A stretch of DNA of 64,000 bases, from positions 3,648,001 to 3,712,000 of the forward strand of contig NZ_JAQNDL010000001.1 in NCBI RefSeq assembly GCF_028368995.1. The letters are read 5' to 3'. The first letter of the stretch is position 1. Each line of letters starts with the position of its first letter. The notes under the pieces are model-generated. The model had not been told where the DNA came from and searched no databases. It saw only the letters and a program-made list of their open reading frames with translations. This DNA comes from Nannocystis bainbridge (GTDB taxonomy: Bacteria; Myxococcota_A; Polyangia; Nannocystales; Nannocystaceae). A program made the translations under genes and the position numbers. Below are positions 59,915 to 64,000 of the stretch, piece by piece.

Positions 59915-61189
59915 ATGTCGTCTCTCTGCTGCGTCTCCCTGATGGTATGGCTGCTCGGGGCGCCAGCGGGCCCCACGACGACGAACGCGGGCGCGCTGGC
60001 CCAACCGGCCAACCCCAAGGCCGAGCGGACCGCGCGGGCCGCCAAGTTCTTCGAGGGCGGGCGCTACGTCGAGGCCGCGCTCGAGTTCGAGGCGCTGCGG
60101 CGCGATTTCCCCGACGACCCGTCGATCCTCTTCAACGCCGCCGCCAGCCGCGACTCTGCCGGTCACTTCGCGCACGCGGTCGCCTACGTGCGCGAGTACC
60201 TGACGCGCAAGGACATCGGGCCCGACGATCGCAAGCAGGGCGAGGAGCAGCTCGAGGAGTCGGCGCGCAAGGTGACGCCGGTGGCGGTGACGATCACGCT
60301 GCCGCTCGAGGGCCCGCAGACCGTGACCGTGCTCGCGCGCCACGTGGCCGACAGCCCGGCGGACCTGCGGCCCGATCTGTCGTTCGCGCTGAAGAGCCCG
60401 CGACAGCCGCTGAAGCTCGAGCTCGACCCGGGCACGTGGATCGTGCGGGTGGAGGGCGCGGCGTACGAGCCGGTGGAGCAGCAGGTGACGGTCGGCTCGG
60501 CTCCGCTGGCGATCTCGCTGCGACCCCAGCTGACGCCGCTGACGCCACCGGTGGATCGCGAGCCGCCGCCGCAGACAGGCGTGGTGCCGCTCGAGGTCGT
60601 CAAGACGACGACGCGCGGCCTCTTCATCAGCGGCGGCGCGGCGGCTATTGCCGGGCTCGGGTTCATCGGCGGCGGCGTGGGGATGATCCACGGCCAGCGC
60701 GTCAAGTCGTGCGAGGATCCGACGCTCGCGGATTGCCGGCGCCGGTTCGCCAGCGGGTTCGTGTTCCGCAACCTCGGCTCGACGTTCCTCGGCGCGGGGG
60801 CGGGCTTGGCCGTCAGCGCGCTGGTGTGGCGCGCCGACGACCCGCGCAAGCGCATGATCGCGTGGAGCGCCCTGGCGGCGGTCGGCGGCGTAGGCCTGAT
60901 CCTCGGCGAGGTGCTGCTGGTGCGCGGCACGATCCCGTTCAGCCGCGACAACGCGAGCCCGCAGGGCACCCTCGACGGCTGGCCCGAGCACTGGAGCGAG
61001 CATCGCCACTCGGGGCTGCCCGCCCTGGCCGCGACGGTGCGCGGGCTCGGCGTCGGCCTGCTTGCGGGCGCGATCACGGGGCTCGTCGTCCAGCGCAAGC
61101 ACCTCGGCCCCGGCGGCGCGCGGGCGATCCGCGTCGCACCGAGCGCAGGCCCGGGCCAGACCGGCCTCGTGCTGTCCGGGAAGTTTTAA
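59915..61189 (+). CDS. Exported TPR / PEGA-like protein with hydrophobic C-terminal region
   Basis: FFEGGRYVEAALEF...ILFNAA TPR; PG.W.V.VE..YEP; C-terminal GLVLSGKF; start uncertain. Confidence 0.7.
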   Translation: MSSLCCVSLMVWLLGAPAGPTTTNAGALAQPANPKAERTARAAKFFEGGRYVEAALEFEALRRDFPDDPSILFNAAASRDSAGHFAHAVAYVREYLTRKDIGPDDRKQGEEQLEESARKVTPVAVTITLPLEGPQTVTVLARHVADSPADLRPDLSFALKSPRQPLKLELDPGTWIVRVEGAAYEPVEQQVTVGSAPLAISLRPQLTPLTPPVDREPPPQTGVVPLEVVKTTTRGLFISGGAAAIAGLGFIGGGVGMIHGQRVKSCEDPTLADCRRRFASGFVFRNLGSTFLGAGAGLAVSALVWRADDPRKRMIAWSALAAVGGVGLILGEVLLVRGTIPFSRDNASPQGTLDGWPEHWSEHRHSGLPALAATVRGLGVGLLAGAITGLVVQRKHLGPGGARAIRVAPSAGPGQTGLVLSGKF

Positions 61190-61320
61190 ATCATCATCGC
61201 AGCCGCAGGCCCGTCCGAGCCCGCGTCGCTGTGGGCCCGATTAGAGCGACTCGGTGCGGCGATTCCGTCTGCGGCCTCTCGGCGCCCATCACTTTCAATC
61301 GCGTCTCGCGCATGCGAGAC

Positions 61321-61665
61321 GAAGCATCGTCACGGCTGCCGGACCGCGCGGCAGCGCGGCGATTCGCCGGGGTGCACGCTCTTGCATACGAAGCATCGTC
61401 ACGGCTGCCGGGCAGCGCGGCAGCGCCGCGATTCGCCGGGGCGCACGCTCTTGCCCACGAAGCATCGTCACGGCTGCCGGACCGCCCGGCAGCGCCGCGA
61501 TTCGCCGGGGCGCAGGCTCTTGCCTACGAAGCGTCGTCACGGCTGCAGGACCGCACGGCAGCGCGGCGATTCGCCGGGGCGCAGGCTCTTGCCTACGAAG
61601 CGTCGTCACGGCTGCAGGACCGCGCGGCAGCGCGGCGATTCGCCGGGGTGCAGGCTCTTGCATAC
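61321..61665. repeat. 69-bp tandem repeat x5 derived from the 3' end of the thioredoxin-like gene
   Basis: Units start at 61321, 61390, 61459, 61528, 61597; each has an in-frame stop on the minus strand. Confidence 0.95.
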
Positions 61666-62808
61666 GAATCGATCGGCGCACGGACAATCCTGGCAGCAGT
61701 TGCCGCGGCTCTCGTGCGGATCGCAGATGCCATTGCCGCACATCGGCGAGGCGGCGGGCTCGCGCACCTGCAGCTCGGGGATCTTTTGCAAGCGCGAACA
61801 CTTGCCGTTGAGCAGCCGGGTCTTCGGCGGGCACGTCAGCGGCACCGCCTCTTGCAGCGGCGGGGCGACGACCGTGGCGGGCTCGGGCTCGCCGACTTCG
61901 CCGGACCCGGCCGGGTCGCCGCCGCGGCGACGCAGCGGCCCACAATCCTCGAAGCTGTGATGCGCCGCGGTGCGCTCGATCGGCTCGCAGCGGCCGTTTC
62001 CTGGCCACTCCTGGCTGCACCACGCGCCCGGCCGCGTGTCGGCCAGCTCGGCGCGCAGCTGATCGATCAGGGGCCCGAGCGCGGCGAAGTCGGCCTCGCC
62101 GAGCTGCTCGAACTTGGCCCAGCGGACCCGGCGGTTGCAGTCGAGCACCAGGGTCACCGGCAGGTTGCCGCGATAGAGGCCGCCGTCGTCGCCCGCCGCC
62201 AGCGTCGAGGCGAGCGCGTCACTCATCGTGCGATCGGCGAGGCGGACCGGCGCCGGCGGCATGACGCCGGAATAGTCATGATAGGACCGCAGCGGATCGG
62301 TGTGGTCCTTGATCTGGATCGGCACGAAGCGGACATTGTCCCATTCGCGGTGGCGGGCGAACATCGCCTTGAACTCGGGCAGCTCGGCGAGGCACGGGTC
62401 GCACCAGGTGGCCCAGAGGTTGACGACGTGGATCGTCCGCGCGGGCAACACCTGCGATGAGCCGAGGCGCAGCGTCTCGAGCGAGAGCTTGCCCGCCTCG
62501 CCCGGCGGCAGCGCCTCGAGGTTGAGGCGCATCGCCGGGGAGATGTCCATGCCGGAGGCGCCGAGGTAGCCCGATTTCGCCGGGTCCTGCCGCGGCGGCG
62601 GCCCCTGCACCGGCTCGGGGCTCGCCGGCTCGGGCGCAGGCGCGGCGGGCTCGCAGGCCCGCTGCCGCTCGGCCAGGATTCGCACGAATTGCTGGTGCTG
62701 GTCGGCCCGCCGGCCCATCAGCCACACCGTGATGATGAGACCCAGCGCCGTGAAGACGAGGTTGATCGCGGTCCATCCGAGGAACAGCCGGGTGCGGTCG
62801 CGGCTCAC
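61606..62808 (-). CDS. TlpA-like thioredoxin with N-terminal TM and Cys-rich C-terminal domains
   Basis: VVNLWATWCDPC..ELP, LPVT; CGNGIC...E....C..DC motifs. Confidence 0.85.
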   Translation of the reverse strand: MSRDRTRLFLGWTAINLVFTALGLIITVWLMGRRADQHQQFVRILAERQRACEPAAPAPEPASPEPVQGPPPRQDPAKSGYLGASGMDISPAMRLNLEALPPGEAGKLSLETLRLGSSQVLPARTIHVVNLWATWCDPCLAELPEFKAMFARHREWDNVRFVPIQIKDHTDPLRSYHDYSGVMPPAPVRLADRTMSDALASTLAAGDDGGLYRGNLPVTLVLDCNRRVRWAKFEQLGEADFAALGPLIDQLRAELADTRPGAWCSQEWPGNGRCEPIERTAAHHSFEDCGPLRRRGGDPAGSGEVGEPEPATVVAPPLQEAVPLTCPPKTRLLNGKCSRLQKIPELQVREPAASPMCGNGICDPHESRGNCCQDCPCADRFVCKSLHPGESPRCRAVLQP

Positions 62809-62809
62809 G

Positions 62810-62962
62810 TCACGGCTCCCGTTCGCACGCGCCCTCGAGCCGGCGCACGAAGGTGTCGCGCTCGTGTCGCCAGCGCACGCCGACGACCGCGGCGGCGACG
62901 ATGCTGGCCATGGCGAGCAGGCAGGTGAGCTGGGCGAACAGCCGCGCGCTTCGTTCGGTCAC
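62810..62962 (-). CDS. 50-aa single-TM microprotein (below the ORF-track cutoff)
   Basis: MTERSARLFAQLTCLLAMASIVAAAVVGVRWRHERDTFVRRLEGACEREP; GTGA overlap with upstream stop; ends 1 nt before the next start. Confidence 0.7.
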   Translation of the reverse strand: MTERSARLFAQLTCLLAMASIVAAAVVGVRWRHERDTFVRRLEGACEREP

Positions 62963-64000
62963 GGCGCGGGCTCCTCGAGGTCGACGGAGATCGGCGGCTT
63001 GTACTCATCGCCGAGGCAGGGGATCGGGATGACGAAGACGACGCGGTTGACGGCCGAGAACAGGGCCTGCCAGGCCGGGGTGGTGCGATCGTCGAGATCG
63101 ATCGCCCCCTCGAGCGCGGCGCGCAGCTCCTGGGCGCTGGTCGGATCGGCGGTGACGAGCGGTGAGATCGCAGGCGGTCGGCCACCCGGATCCATCAAGT
63201 AGGTCTGACGATAACGCGCGGGCTCGATGGTCCGCGTATTGGGCAGGCCGAACGAACGGATCCGGACGCGTCGACGATCGCGCTCGGTCTCGGGCACGCC
63301 CTCGTAGAGCACGAGGTCGAGCAGGTTCTCGACGAACTTGATCCGCGCCAGCGACAGCCAATGATTGGCTTCGGCGTCACCGTCGGGGCTGGCGCGACCG
63401 ATGACGAAGATCTGCTTGGCCTCGCGCAGCGGTCCGGCGAACCGCCGCACCTGGTCGAGGTAATGGGCGAGGACCTCCTGCGCCGGCCAATCCTTGCGCT
63501 TCAGGTTGGGCTGGCCGCTCGGGAAATGAACCGCGAAGCGGTCAGGGAAGGCCGAGAGCAGCAGGTCGAATTTGTCATCCTCGAGCGCGAGCTGCTCCCA
63601 TTCGGCGGTCGTGCAGGCGCCGGCCGAGACGATGTCGGCGACGGTCGTCTTGCGGGTCGAGCACTTGACCGCGAGCGTCTTGACCGCGTCGGCGAGCGCC
63701 TCGTTCTTCTCGCACACGAGCGGGGTGCGATCGATGCTCTCCGGCGAGGCGCAGCGCAGGTTGTGACAGACGAGGCCGTCCCCGCACTCGCAGTCGCGGC
63801 AGCTGTCGCCCTCGGCGCACAGGACCTCGATCGGCACCGGGACGCAGGCGTTCAGGCGGCAATACTGGCCCGCGGGACAGGTCGCGGTCGCGGGGCGCGA
63901 CAGGTCGCAAGTCGGTGCCGCGGCGGTGGCCAGAGGCTGGACCTGGTCGAGCGTGAGGTCGGTGTCGGAGGTGACGAGATAGACGACCGAGGCGACCGCG
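62959..64000 (-). CDS. Cys-rich protein with divergent OmpA-like C-terminal domain; 5' end outside the window
   Basis: Frame open to the edge; CPAGQYC..C...C..C.C..G..C; VHF..G, VIGRASPDG...N..LS.AR, NRVV. Confidence 0.7.
   Translation of the reverse strand, partial: AVASVVYLVTSDTDLTLDQVQPLATAAAPTCDLSRPATATCPAGQYCRLNACVPVPIEVLCAEGDSCRDCECGDGLVCHNLRCASPESIDRTPLVCEKNEALADAVKTLAVKCSTRKTTVADIVSAGACTTAEWEQLALEDDKFDLLLSAFPDRFAVHFPSGQPNLKRKDWPAQEVLAHYLDQVRRFAGPLREAKQIFVIGRASPDGDAEANHWLSLARIKFVENLLDLVLYEGVPETERDRRRVRIRSFGLPNTRTIEPARYRQTYLMDPGGRPPAISPLVTADPTSAQELRAALEGAIDLDDRTTPAWQALFSAVNRVVFVIPIPCLGDEYKPPISVDLEEPAP

Overview
Very GC-rich (roughly 70-75%) chromosomal window from a myxobacterium, most consistent with Nannocystaceae. 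Indicators are a MYXO-CTERM sorting tail, Thr-rich lipoprotein linkers, an ERG24-type sterol reductase, HMG-CoA synthase and many Cys-rich exported proteins. About 50 genes can be supported: regulators and two-component systems (including a ~2000-aa kinase/AAA/GAF/PAS/histidine-kinase hybrid), an RND efflux operon with TetR, an orphan VgrG, nudC, an L,D-transpeptidase and a PHB-degradation cluster next to mvaS. No rRNA, tRNA, CRISPR array, transposase, integrase or reverse transcriptase was recognised. Most notable observations: (1) a dispersed 14-bp palindrome, TGTCY-N4-RGACA, with 19 exact TGTC-N6-GACA copies found by eye, forming 14-bp-phased tandem arrays near gene ends and kept inside genes at the cost of rare codons; (2) a circularly permuted pyroglutamyl peptidase I; (3) a putative PHB-scavenging pathway beside HMG-CoA synthase; (4) repeated duplications of gene 3' ends; (5) an EAD-like/TM/DUF3761-like protein upstream of vgrG; (6) a 50-aa microprotein resembling the membrane anchor of the adjacent thioredoxin. 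All calls come from motif recognition by eye; no database searches were run.
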